A stretch of DNA of 64,000 nucleotides from an uncultured delta proteobacterium (GTDB lineage: Bacteria; Myxococcota_A; Polyangia; Polyangiales; Polyangiaceae), in contig CAVQUB010000013.1 of NCBI GenBank assembly GCA_963716725.1, positions 32,001-96,000 on the forward strand. Reading direction: 5' to 3'. The number at the start of each line of letters is the position of its first letter. Position 1 is the stretch's first letter. The position numbers and the translations under genes are program-made. The notes below the pieces were generated by a model that was not told the DNA's origin, searched no databases, and saw only the letters and a program-made list of their open reading frames with translations. This document shows, one piece after another, positions 45,599 through 54,903 of the stretch.

Positions 45599-48500
45599 AT
45601 GTCGAACGGCGGCGACCCGCAGGGCAAGCCCGCGTCAGCGGAGAACGGGGCGCTTCCGCGCGTCTCGACGCCGGCGGACAGTGCTCCGTCTCCCTCGGTG
45701 GAGGGCGTACCCCACGCCGCGTCGCACCTGTCGGGCAACCCGCCGCCGGTAGAGCCCGAGGCGGAAGTCGAGCACGACAGCGCGCCCCCGAGCATCCCGA
45801 GCGCGGCATCGCTCAAAGAGGGATCCATCCTCAGCGTGTCGATGCAGGAGATCACTCCGCTGGGCACACCGAGCCCGGTCTTGCCCGGCCACATCCTCGC
45901 CGATCGCTACGAGGTGATCAGCGTCCTGGGTGAAGGCGGAATGGGCATCGTCTATCGGTGCAAAGACATCGCCACTGGGCACGAGGTCGCGCTCAAGCGC
46001 GTGATCCCGCCGGAGAGCAAGCTCGCGGCCGAATACATCATGTGGTTCTACAAAGAGGCGCGCGCTCTGGCCGCCTTGGACCACCCCTGCATCGTTCGCG
46101 CGCAGGACTTCGGGCAGCTCAAGGACGGCACCCCCTTCCTCACCATGGACCTCGTCAGCGGCGTCTCGCTCCACGACCTGGCCCAGACCGCCAACCGCTT
46201 CGAGCTGATCTGGCATGCGCTCGATCAGATCCTGGGCGCCCTGGCCCACGCCCACGCGCGCGGGATCATCCACGGTGATCTCAAGCCCTCCAACGTGTTG
46301 GTCGAAGAGGTGCCTGGGCACCCGCCCAAGATCCACATCCTCGATTTTGGCCTCGCCTGGCTCAAGCAGGATCCCCACGACGAGCGCCTCGACGGCACCA
46401 AGCCCATGGAGTTCGCGCCCCACGCCGGCGCCGGCACTCCGGGCTACATGGCACCCGAGCAGATCCAGCACGAGATGCACCACGTGTGCGGCGCGACGGA
46501 CATGTACGCGCTGGGCTGCATCCTGTTCAAGCTGCTCTCGGGTCGGAGCGTGTTCGCCGGTGATCCCAAGGAGCTCTTGCGGCTGCACGCCTTCGAGAAG
46601 ATCCCGGAGCTGCGCCTGGCCATCACCGCGCCCGAGCAGGTGACGGCCTTCGTGAAGCGGCTCTTGGCCAAGCGCCCCTGGGATCGCTGGGAGTTCGCGT
46701 CGGAGGCGCGTGCCGCCTGGAGCGCGTGGCGCCCCGAGTCAGACGTCGATCCAGACGCCTACACGTTTCCGTCGCTGCCTCACAAGACCGCGAGCCCGCC
46801 GGCCCCGACCACGCGCCTGTCCGGTCCGCCCCGGGGCAGAGTCGAAGGCCTGACGCCGGCCGCACCGCAGCGCGCCCCGGGCCTGCTCAGCATTCGACCG
46901 AGCCCGCTGGTGGGGCGCGACGACGTGCGGCACGTACTGCGGGAGGTCTGCGACGAGGTGATCGAGGGCATCGGGGAGCCCCATCGCCTGGTCATCCTGG
47001 TGGGACCCGCCGGCGTCGGCAAGAGCCGCATCGTCGAGTGGCTCTGCGAGGTCGTGCACGAAGAAGGCACGATGATCCCTCTGCGCGCGCGCTACCGTCG
47101 CCTGCGCAGCCCGCTCGACGGCATGCTCGGCGGCGTCACGCACTATTTCAACTTCGAGCGCGCCGATCGCAACACCATCGAGAAGTCGCTGCTCTTGCGC
47201 TGGCGCGTCAATTCGGACGACAAGAACGGGCGCGCCTGGGTCGCGGGCGCGGCCGAGTGGGTCCGGCCGCTCTCCACCGATCAACCGGTGGGGCCCAGCG
47301 GCATTCGCTTCACCCTCGACAGCTTCGAGACGCGGCGATTGGTGATTCGTTACACGCTCCGGCGCATCGCTCGCGGCCGCCCGCTGCTCTTCTTCCTCGA
47401 CGATCTGCACAACTCGGGGCAGACGACCTTCGAGGGCCTGCTCAGGGTCCACCAAGAAGAACCCGATCAGCGCATCGTGATGGTGGCCACGGTGCGGTCG
47501 GAAGACGTGCAGCTCGGCACCCCTCAGGCCGAGCAGCTCCGCCAGCTGCGCGAGGCGATGAACGGCATCGTCATCGACGTGAAGCCCCTCGAAGCGGAGA
47601 TCACCGCGGCCCTCATCCGCGCCTCGCTCCCCCTCGACGACTCGGCGGTACAAGAGGCCGCGCGACGCAGCCGCGGCAACCCGCTCTTCGCGCTCCAGCA
47701 GCTGCATGCCTGGGCCCTCGCCGGCAACATGCAGATCCACGACGGTGTGTACCGGGTGCCGGACGAGGTCCTCACGGTGCGACCGCAGACCACCGCCGAG
47801 CTCTGGGACAGCCGGGTGAAGGTCATGCCCGAGGCCTACCGCCTGGCGGCCTACGCCGTGGCCACCCTGGGCGCCGACATCCGGCGCAACGTGCTGCACT
47901 CGCTCTTGATCAGGCTGGGGCTGGCCGCCGACGACGCCATCGTCAGCCTGCAGAACGCCGAGGTCATCTTGCCGCGGGGCGCCGGTCGCTACAACTGGCC
48001 CCACGCCCTCTTGCAAGAGCACCTGCTGGCGCAGCTCATGGAGCGGCCCGACGCCCGCGACATTTTCATAGCTGCGTCGGAGGCGCTCGGTGAGCACCCC
48101 TTGGCCAATCAGCGCCGCATCATCCGCCAGCGCGCCGCGAACATGCTGTACGCGAACGAGCCCGAGCTGGCGGCCAAGCTGATCTTCGACTGGCTCACCA
48201 CGGCCTGGAACAACGCCCGCGAGCCGCTCTCGACCCTCGGAGATCTCGAGCTGCTCAAGGGCCACCTGGAAGGCCGCAACCTCGCGCTCAAGCACCGCTG
48301 GTCGGCGGAGGCCCTGCGACACCTGGGCAAGCCAGAAGACGCGACGAACCACGCCGAGATCGCCCGGGCGGGCTTCGAGGAGATCGGCGACAGCGAGAAC
48401 CAGGCCAACTGCCTGCGCTTGCTCGGCCACCTCGCCAGCGAGAAGGGCGACAGCGTCGAAGGCGCCGAGTTGGCCACCCGCGCCCACGAGATCTTCACCG

Positions 48501-49351
48501 AGATCGGGCACGTGCTGGGCATGGCGCAGTCCGAGGCCGTGCTGGGCGAGATCTACTACCTGCTCGGCACCTACGACCGCGCGCGGGTGGTGATCCAGGC
48601 CGGCGAGCAGCACTTCGCGGAGCTCGGCCAACCCCTCGGTCGCGGCCAGTGCCTGCTCTTGCTGTCGTGGATCGATCACTCCGAGGGCCTGACCGAGCGC
48701 GCCCGCCGCCTCACGCTCGGCGCGCGAACGGAGTTCGAGACGGCGGGCTACCGCCTGGGCATCGCCCAAGCCAACGCCTCACTCTCCCACGTCGAACACC
48801 GCCTGATGAACTTCTACAGCGCCGAGCTCGGCGCCCTCGAGGCCCTCGGATCCTTCGAGGCCCTCCGCACGCCGCGCGGCCACGCCGCCTGCGAGCGCCT
48901 GCTCGCGATGATCGGCATCGACACCGACGATCTCGACATGGCCGAGATCCACGCCGACCTGTCCTGGAACGTGTACTCACAGATGCGCGACCCCTGGGGT
49001 CTGATCGAAGCCAAGCTGCTCGGCTGCCAGATCGCCCTCGCCCGCCGCGACTTGCCGGGCGCCCACGAGAAGCTGATGGAGGCCGCGGGCATCAGCGTGC
49101 AAGAGGCCGAGCCCCGCCAGCACTACCTGCTGACGCAGGCCTGGTACTACATCGAGAGCGGCGACGCCGACAAAGCCTACGAGTCCCTCGAGGCCGCCGC
49201 CGAAGTCTTCGGCGAACGCAGCCGCGCCGGAGATCACACGCCTCACTTGCTCGGGAGGTTGAGTCGTAAGCAGTGGCCCGAGCACGCGAGGAACCGGATC
49301 GATGCTTGGAGAGCGTTGCTCAATGACCGATCGCGGCGCGTTCAGGAGTGA
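45599..49351 (+). CDS. Ser/Thr kinase fused to AAA/STAND-like ATPase and TPR repeats
   Basis: HGDLKPSN, DFG, APE; GPAGVGKS, LDDLH, GNP; TPR-like C-terminus. Confidence 0.92.
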   Translation: MSNGGDPQGKPASAENGALPRVSTPADSAPSPSVEGVPHAASHLSGNPPPVEPEAEVEHDSAPPSIPSAASLKEGSILSVSMQEITPLGTPSPVLPGHILADRYEVISVLGEGGMGIVYRCKDIATGHEVALKRVIPPESKLAAEYIMWFYKEARALAALDHPCIVRAQDFGQLKDGTPFLTMDLVSGVSLHDLAQTANRFELIWHALDQILGALAHAHARGIIHGDLKPSNVLVEEVPGHPPKIHILDFGLAWLKQDPHDERLDGTKPMEFAPHAGAGTPGYMAPEQIQHEMHHVCGATDMYALGCILFKLLSGRSVFAGDPKELLRLHAFEKIPELRLAITAPEQVTAFVKRLLAKRPWDRWEFASEARAAWSAWRPESDVDPDAYTFPSLPHKTASPPAPTTRLSGPPRGRVEGLTPAAPQRAPGLLSIRPSPLVGRDDVRHVLREVCDEVIEGIGEPHRLVILVGPAGVGKSRIVEWLCEVVHEEGTMIPLRARYRRLRSPLDGMLGGVTHYFNFERADRNTIEKSLLLRWRVNSDDKNGRAWVAGAAEWVRPLSTDQPVGPSGIRFTLDSFETRRLVIRYTLRRIARGRPLLFFLDDLHNSGQTTFEGLLRVHQEEPDQRIVMVATVRSEDVQLGTPQAEQLRQLREAMNGIVIDVKPLEAEITAALIRASLPLDDSAVQEAARRSRGNPLFALQQLHAWALAGNMQIHDGVYRVPDEVLTVRPQTTAELWDSRVKVMPEAYRLAAYAVATLGADIRRNVLHSLLIRLGLAADDAIVSLQNAEVILPRGAGRYNWPHALLQEHLLAQLMERPDARDIFIAASEALGEHPLANQRRIIRQRAANMLYANEPELAAKLIFDWLTTAWNNAREPLSTLGDLELLKGHLEGRNLALKHRWSAEALRHLGKPEDATNHAEIARAGFEEIGDSENQANCLRLLGHLASEKGDSVEGAELATRAHEIFTEIGHVLGMAQSEAVLGEIYYLLGTYDRARVVIQAGEQHFAELGQPLGRGQCLLLLSWIDHSEGLTERARRLTLGARTEFETAGYRLGIAQANASLSHVEHRLMNFYSAELGALEALGSFEALRTPRGHAACERLLAMIGIDTDDLDMAEIHADLSWNVYSQMRDPWGLIEAKLLGCQIALARRDLPGAHEKLMEAAGISVQEAEPRQHYLLTQAWYYIESGDADKAYESLEAAAEVFGERSRAGDHTPHLLGRLSRKQWPEHARNRIDAWRALLNDRSRRVQE

Positions 49352-49577
49352 CCGAGAGACGCAGGGACGCGGAGAACGCGGAGCACGCAGGGGGAAATTT
49401 TGGGGTTCGGAGGTGAACTGCGGCGCAGACGCGAGACCGATGACGTGCCGTCAGCGAGGGAGCGCTTCTCGGATGAGAGCGACGGCGACCTGCGGCGCGC
49501 GCAGAACGAGCTCGGCATCCAGCCGGAGGACGCGATACCCGAGCCGCGCGAGTTTGCGGTCGCGCGAGGCATCCGCG
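49235..49577 (+). repeat. Direct repeat copy 1 (kinase 3' end + 9-bp repeats + DUF559 3' end)
   Basis: Aligns by eye with 50140-50483. Confidence 0.9.
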
Positions 49578-49816
49578 GTGGCGCGGGCGCGATGGCAAGC
49601 ACCGTCGACCTCGATGGCCAGTCGAGCGGCAGGCACCAAGAAGTCGACGATCGCATCCCCGAGCACCACCTGCCGACGCACTTCGACCCCGAGCCGCCGC
49701 GCGCGCAGCGCTTCCCACAGCGCGGCCTCCGACCGGGTGGCCTGCTCGCGCATCTCCGCGGCGCGCTGGGCGAGGAGTTCCTGACGACGGAGCTGAGCGC
49801 GTTGACGAGCGAGCAT
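49451..49816 (-). CDS. DUF559 / Vsr-like endonuclease domain protein
   Basis: TRSEAALW...RRQ...VDF...IEVDG..H...RD..L..LGYRVLR; SD GGAGG. Confidence 0.88.
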   Translation of the reverse strand: MLARQRAQLRRQELLAQRAAEMREQATRSEAALWEALRARRLGVEVRRQVVLGDAIVDFLVPAARLAIEVDGACHRARATADASRDRKLARLGYRVLRLDAELVLRAPQVAVALIREALPR

Positions 49817-50063
49817 GGGCACCTCCGAAGACCCGGTGTGGTGGGCGGGCCTCGCGACCCAGGGCGCACGATCTGTGACGCGCCGCTTGCGAGTGCTTCC
49901 GGGCGCGCATGCGCGTTCACTCGAGACCTCGCGTCTCAACTCGCCACGCGGCGCGGCGCGGAGCGTGCGCCGACGAGCGGGGCCCGACCGCCACGACGGG
50001 CCGAGGCGTCATGCCTCCGCTCGTCACGACCTTCGACGACGGTCCGATTTCGCAAGCACGCCC

Positions 50064-50137
50064 GTCTTCCCCATTCGGGCAAAGCCCGAATTTGGGGAAG
50101 ACCGACGCCGCGCAGCGGCGGCGAGTTGGGGCAGCAA
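50064..50137. repeat. Conserved hairpin module copy 1 (putative terIS-like end)
   Basis: GTCTTCCCC-ATTCGGGC-AAA-GCCCGAAT-TT-GGGGAAGAC ... GCGAGTTGGGGCAG. Confidence 0.7.
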
Positions 50138-50139
50138 CG

Positions 50140-50483
50140 CACACGCCTCACTTGCTCGGGAGATTGAGTCGTAAGCAGTGGCCCGCTCACGCGAAGAACC
50201 GGATCGATGCGTGGAGAGCGTTGCTCAACGATCGATCGCGGCGTGTGCAGGAGTGACCGAGAGACGCAGGGACGCGGGGAACGCGGAGAACGCAGGGGGA
50301 GAATTTTGGGGTTCGGAGGTGAACTGCGACGCACGCTCGAGACCGACAGCGCGGTGTCAGCGAAGGAGCGCCTCGCGGATGAGAGCGAGGGCGACCGGCA
50401 GCGCGCGCAGAACGAGCTCGGCATCCAGGCGGAGGACGCGATACCCGAGCCGCGCGAGTTTGCGGTCGCGCGAGGCATCCGCG
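50140..50483 (+). repeat. Direct repeat copy 2 (orphan kinase 3' end + DUF559 3' remnant)
   Basis: HTPHLLGRLSRKQWPAHAKNRIDAWRALLNDRSRRVQE* at 50140-50256. Confidence 0.9.
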
Positions 50484-50542
50484 CCTTCGCACCCGAGGCA
50501 AGGCCGTCATCTCCACGTTGTTTCCTGGTCGTGGCAGAACCA

Positions 50543-50944
50543 ATGAGGCCCGCACTTCTCGTGCTGTTCGGAGCCGTCGCGTGCGGTGCAGTCCACATCG
50601 ATGACTCCGTGACCACCGACTCCGGCCCGGACGCGCCGGCCGACGTAGTCGACGACGCAGCATCCGCCGACAGCGACGCTCAACCCGAGGCCGATTCGCA
50701 CACCAGCGACGGAAACGAAACGGACGCGCCCGCCACTTGCACGGACGCCGGGCTCCCGGTGGCGAAGAAATGGCGCGTGAGTTGCTGCAACGGCTCGATT
50801 TGCCAGGGGACCTGCCTGTCCGGCCAGTGTGTCTGCGGAAGCGTCGCCGGCGGCTGCGAACACTTGCGCTGCTGCGACGTGGGCGGCGCCAGCGGCGAAA
50901 AGCTCGTGTGCGGAGGCGAGGGGGTTTGCTGGCCCTATCAGTAG
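50543..50944 (+). CDS. Cys-rich lipoprotein
   Basis: Lipobox AVAC; Asp-rich linker; SCC..C...C...CVC...GGC...CC. Confidence 0.75.
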   Translation: MRPALLVLFGAVACGAVHIDDSVTTDSGPDAPADVVDDAASADSDAQPEADSHTSDGNETDAPATCTDAGLPVAKKWRVSCCNGSICQGTCLSGQCVCGSVAGGCEHLRCCDVGGASGEKLVCGGEGVCWPYQ

Positions 50945-51327
50945 GTATTCCTCGGTTCGCAGCCGCACTCACGGCGCTGCTCGGTGGCGTCGCGTGCGGT
51001 GGAGTCACCGCGCTCGGGACCGAGAGCGACGGCTCACCACCGCTCGATGGCGGCGACGCGACGACCGACGACGCGAAACTGGAACACGACGCGAGCGGCG
51101 ACGCGACGACCGACGACGCCTGTGCCACCGTTGGAGTCGGGGCCGGGGTCGAATCCTGCTGCTCGGGGAAGCTTTGCCGTGGAGAGTGCTCACCCTTCGA
51201 TGAATGCGTTTGCCACGGGTCCGGCGCAGTCGGCGGGTGCCCGGCGGGCGCCGCGTGTTGCAAAAACCCCTGGTTCAAACCGCACACGCCGACCTGCAAC
51301 GCGCCGCAAGACTGCGCTCCGGATTGA
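50926..51327 (+). CDS. Cys-rich lipoprotein, paralog of the preceding gene (TTG start inferred)
   Basis: Lipobox GVAC; same Cys spacing; purine-rich SD upstream. Confidence 0.65.
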   Translation: MLALSVGIPRFAAALTALLGGVACGGVTALGTESDGSPPLDGGDATTDDAKLEHDASGDATTDDACATVGVGAGVESCCSGKLCRGECSPFDECVCHGSGAVGGCPAGAACCKNPWFKPHTPTCNAPQDCAPD

Positions 51328-51751
51328 CGCGGCAGCCGAGTTGCTGACCACGGAGCTGAGCGCGTTGACGAGCGAGCATGGGTGCCTCCGAGGCACGACA
51401 CGCTCACTCGGTCGCGCCGAGCGAGCACAGCTGCATCAATCCCCCACGACGCCGCGTTCAAGAGTGGCGCGCGAGGGCTCGCCGACTGCGCGCCGGAGCG
51501 CTGATTGTGCGGGTCGTGCACAAGCGCCCACGAGCTGACTTCGCGTGATGCACGTACACGCCGTCGAGCACGAGAGCGTGGCCGTGGACGTTCAGTCTCA
51601 AAGCACCGTCCGTCCTCTGCACCGCGACCACGCCGCCGGTGTATGCTCTCGTGACGCTTGCGATTCCGAGCTCGCGCTTCGCGCGCCAGCGCAGCGAGCG
51701 GTCCACCTCCGCCATGAACGCGCTGACCACTTCTGCGCAGAGCTTCCGGTC

Positions 51752-51778
51752 GTCCCCCGTCGGGGACTTCGCAGCGTC
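51752..51778 (+). repeat. 27-bp hairpin mini-element
   Basis: GTCCCCCGTCGGGGACTTCGCAGCGTC-GT; adds 9 codons in GYD/RK. Confidence 0.85.
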
Positions 51779-52030
51779 GTAGCCGAGCAGCGCACGCAGC
51801 CCCCAGGGCAAGGAGCAAATCCAATGGCGGATCCGCACACGGGGCAGAACTCGCTCCTCCAAATGCACGGCCATGTCCGCCATGCGTCGCCCGACACAAG
51901 ATGGGCAAAAGCCGCGCTTTTTGCACGAAAACGCCACGAGGTCGGAGTAACCGCAGTCACGACACACGAGGTGCAGACAACCTCGCTCGAGCTGTCCACA
52001 CCCTAAATACTCCTCGAACTCCTTCACCAC

Positions 52031-52055
52031 GACGCGCTGCGTGACACCCGACGGG
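52031..52055 (-). repeat. Divergent 27-bp mini-element split by IS4 insertion (remaining 2 bp at 53531-53532)
   Basis: Rebuilt ACCCCGTCGGGTGTCACGCAGCGCGTC-GT; adds TPSGVTQRV between RF and VVK. Confidence 0.65.
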
Positions 52056-53522
52056 CTCATGATTGATCGGATCCCATCTGGGACCGGGCAGCTCGGAAGC
52101 CGATCTCGTAGTCGAGGAGCTTCTGGTAGCCCCGTCCTAACGTTTGCCACCCGGGTGCGCCGTTGTTCTTCAGATGCCCGCCGAGTCGCGCGACAGCGAA
52201 TAGCGCTTGCTCAATGGTCTGCGGGACGGCCGGGAGGCGGAGCTTGAACTTTATGAGGAGCAACTGGGGCTCACTCAGGATCGTTGTTGCCGGTTGCTCG
52301 GGTGCGACGCGGGCTAACGAGCGCATGAGCAACAGGCGCCAGGCGATGGGCAGGAACACGGCGAGCGCGTTGCTCAGTGCCTGATACGACTCGAGCTGTC
52401 GTTTCTCGAGAGAACACCCTTGCTTGAGTGCCTTGAAGAACTCTTCGATCACCCACCGACTGCGGTAACAGTCCACGACGGTCGCGAGTTCGGCGACGGT
52501 GTCAATGGGTTCGGTAGTGAGCAGCACCCACTCGACCGACGGCTCGCCTTCTGGTGGTTGGAGTTCCCAGACTCGAACCACGTTGAGTTCGATGCTGCGC
52601 GTCTCATGTCGAGTGTTGCGGGGGCGCAGCACAGTCAAACGTTTGCCTGCCACGGCGACCTCCGCGCTCCGGGCGTTGCGAGACGGGTGCTCTTTTGCAG
52701 CATGCGCGCGACTGCTCGGTTTCCTCGATGACACCGAGATCGTGCGAAAAAACTGCGGTTCGAGCGTTGAGATTGCACTGCGCAAGCAGATGCCTATTTC
52801 CTCAGTTACTCGGTCGTGAGCCGAACGGATGACGTAGCGCGCACCGAGTTCCTGCGCCTTCGCCAGGACCTCGAAAATGTCCGCTTCGCGGTCCATCACG
52901 TGAATGAGCGCGCTGCCGGGGCAGCGTGCATGGACGGCCTCGAGCATGGCCGGCCAGCGCAGTGATTCGCGCTCGGGGTCTCTCCGACTGACAGACCGGC
53001 GGCGCCCGCGTCCACCCTTGTGTACGAGGCGGACGTGTCGCTGTAGACCCAGAACTCCGAGTGGCACTCGCTCCTCGCCGGGAAGCACGGCCAGCGCCAC
53101 GTGTGCGAGAAACCCCTGGCTGCCGCCGGACGTGACGCCCAACCCAGCTCGCCGACTGGCGCCGCCGAGCGATACTTCGGTCGTATCGTGCGCGACGATA
53201 CACAGGCCAGCGGAACTCACACGCTCCACCGTCGCCGACAGGTGCGGGTCAAGGATTTGCTCCGCGTCGAACTGCTCGTTGCGCAGGAATCGGTAGACTC
53301 CCTCAAGCTCGGACGGAGTGTCGACAGCCTGCGGAAACCCAACACCGGGCGCCGCCATCAGTTTCTCAGCGAGCCAACCGAGCCTGTCACTGCGCCGCTT
53401 ATCGCCGAGCTGAGAGCCCTCGAACTCGTCCGAAATCGACCGCCCTAACCATTCTGTTGCCGGCATTTCTCCCGTAGATCACACGCGCCGTCCGCTCGCA
53501 ATGAGATGTGTTTGATCATGAG
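52056..53522 (-). mobile_element. IS4-family insertion sequence, 8-bp TSD CCGACGGG
   Basis: Terminal IR CTCATGAT/ATCATGAG; TSD at 52048-52055 and 53523-53530. Confidence 0.9.
52057..53466 (-). CDS. IS4 (Tn5-like) transposase
   Basis: LGDKRRSDRL, HDTT, VMDREAD, YRSRWVIEEFFKALKQGC, PGWQTL. Confidence 0.93.
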   Translation of the reverse strand: MPATEWLGRSISDEFEGSQLGDKRRSDRLGWLAEKLMAAPGVGFPQAVDTPSELEGVYRFLRNEQFDAEQILDPHLSATVERVSSAGLCIVAHDTTEVSLGGASRRAGLGVTSGGSQGFLAHVALAVLPGEERVPLGVLGLQRHVRLVHKGGRGRRRSVSRRDPERESLRWPAMLEAVHARCPGSALIHVMDREADIFEVLAKAQELGARYVIRSAHDRVTEEIGICLRSAISTLEPQFFRTISVSSRKPSSRAHAAKEHPSRNARSAEVAVAGKRLTVLRPRNTRHETRSIELNVVRVWELQPPEGEPSVEWVLLTTEPIDTVAELATVVDCYRSRWVIEEFFKALKQGCSLEKRQLESYQALSNALAVFLPIAWRLLLMRSLARVAPEQPATTILSEPQLLLIKFKLRLPAVPQTIEQALFAVARLGGHLKNNGAPGWQTLGRGYQKLLDYEIGFRAARSQMGSDQS

Positions 53523-53819
53523 CCGACGGGGTGAAGCGCGGCAGGCCGCCGTGCTCTTCGGCCCTCTCCAAGAACGCCGGCCAGTGCTCCGCCACCGTCT
53601 GGTGGAGCACGGTGCTCTCCGGTCGATGGCGGGAACGCGATCGCTCGGACGGTGCAAGCGCGTGTGCGGGATGGCCCACGCCATGCGTGCATGAGCGAGT
53701 CCCGTGCCACGCGGCAGAGCCGCAAAGCCCCTGAGAATTCGTTCGCCCGCAGGCGGCGAAGTGGCGAAGTCAGGTGGCGATCGCCACCCAGGGGCGCGCG
53801 CTCTCTCCCGGCGCAGCCC

Positions 53820-53895
53820 GTCTTCCCCGCTCGGGCGAAGCCCGAGTTTGGGGAAGACCGACGCCGCGCAGCGGCGGCGAGTTGGGGCAGGAAGA
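53820..53895. repeat. Conserved hairpin module copy 2, upstream of HUH transposase start
   Basis: GTCTTCCCC-GCTCGGGC-GAA-GCCCGAGT-TT-GGGGAAGAC ... GCGAGTTGGGGCAGGAAG. Confidence 0.7.
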
Positions 53896-54126
53896 GAGGC
53901 CCGGCGTGGTGGGCGGGCTTCGCGACCCAGGGCGCACGATCTGTGACGCGCCGCCCGCAGCGCTTCCTCGCGCGCAAGCGCCATCGTGATCGGCACCCTG
54001 CTTCCCGTCACCGCGCGGCGTGGCGCAGAGCGTGCGCCGGTTGAGCGCAGCCCGACCACTGCGCCGGGCCGAGGCACCACGAGCCGCGCGTGGCTCAGCG
54101 ACGACACACCAGGCTCGGAGCGACTC

Positions 54127-54250
54127 GTCTTCCCCGCTCGGGCAAAGCCCGAGCTTGGGGAAGACCGCAGGCGCGCACGAGCGCGAAGCGACGCGCTTCG
54201 CGATACTCGAAGGGGTGCGAGGAGCACCTGCGAGTTGGGGCAGGAAGAGA
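54127..54250. repeat. Conserved hairpin module copy 3
   Basis: GTCTTCCCC-GCTCGGGC-AAA-GCCCGAGC-TT-GGGGAAGAC ... GCGAGTTGGGGCAGGAAG. Confidence 0.7.
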
Positions 54251-54545
54251 GCCGGAGCACCCGGTAGCCGAGCCGCCGGAGCGCGCGCTCGCGTCGGGCG
54301 TCCGCGACGCGGCGGTCGCGATGGTACCCGCCGTCAACTTCTATGACGAGCCGACAGGCGGGCACCAAGAAATCGACCACGTGCTGGCCGAGCACCACCT
54401 GACGCCGCACCGGAGCGCCGAGCTTTCCAGCGCGGAGCATTTCCCAGAGAGCTTGTTCGGAGCGGGTGGGCGTGGCGCGCATCTCGGCGGCGCGCTCGGC
54501 GAGGACTTGCTGGCGGCGAAGCTGTGCGTTGGGGCGAGCGGACAT
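54250..54545 (-). pseudogene. DUF559 gene copy 3, 3'-truncated at hairpin module
   Basis: TRSEQALW...RRQ...VDF...IEVDGGYH...LGYRVLRL, then runs into the repeat. Confidence 0.8.
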
Positions 54546-54567
54546 GGTTCCTCCGAGGCCCGGCGTG

Positions 54568-54594
54568 GTCCCCCCCTGGGGACTTCCAAGGGTC
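54568..54594 (+). repeat. 27-bp hairpin mini-element in DUF559 leader
   Basis: Absent from the homologous leaders at ~49834 and ~53902. Confidence 0.9.
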
Positions 54595-54903
54595 GTGGGC
54601 GGGCTTCGCGACCCAGGGCGCAGGCTCTGTGACACGCCGCCCGCTGGCGCATCGTTCAAGAGTCAGCGTTCTTGCTCAGGACGTCGCATCAGGTCGGCAC
54701 GCGGCGTGGCACAGAGCGTGCGCCGGTTGAGCGGCGCCCGACCACTGCGCCGGGCCGAGGCACGACGAGCCGTTCGCAACGGCGCGCGACGACGCTGACT
54801 CTCACGCGCGAGCACCTTCTCGATCTCGAGCGCAAGCACCACGCTCGCGCCGTCGCCTCCGGCCTTGCAGCTGGATCGCTTCGAGCATAGACGGCACGCG
54901 CGC

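Larger units (their letters stand above)
50357..51379 (-). pseudogene. DUF559 gene copy 2; middle replaced by a two-gene cassette
   Basis: 5' remnant ~51330-51379 (MLARQRAQLRGQQ) and 3' remnant 50357-50483 match copy 1. Confidence 0.75.
51549..53679 (-). pseudogene. IS91/ISCR-like HUH transposase copy C (N-terminal half, interrupted by IS4 element)
   Basis: RHRPESTVL...GLPRF / VVKEFEEYLGCG, CxxC...SCKKRGFCPSC Zn domain, NVHGH HUH. Confidence 0.85.

Noticed and set aside
49235..50256. Diversity-generating retroelement TR/VR pair at the kinase 3' end
   Set aside because: Differences are not adenine-specific and are mostly synonymous; the only RT is a typical group II intron maturase with D5/D6.
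53445..54249. C-terminal extension of the 404-aa ORF 53445-54659
   Set aside because: Read-through of a truncated DUF559 gene into non-coding repeats.
50064..54250. Integron attC sites
   Set aside because: GTTGGGG only loosely fits GTTRRRY, no complementary RYYYAAC box was found, and no tyrosine integrase is in the window.
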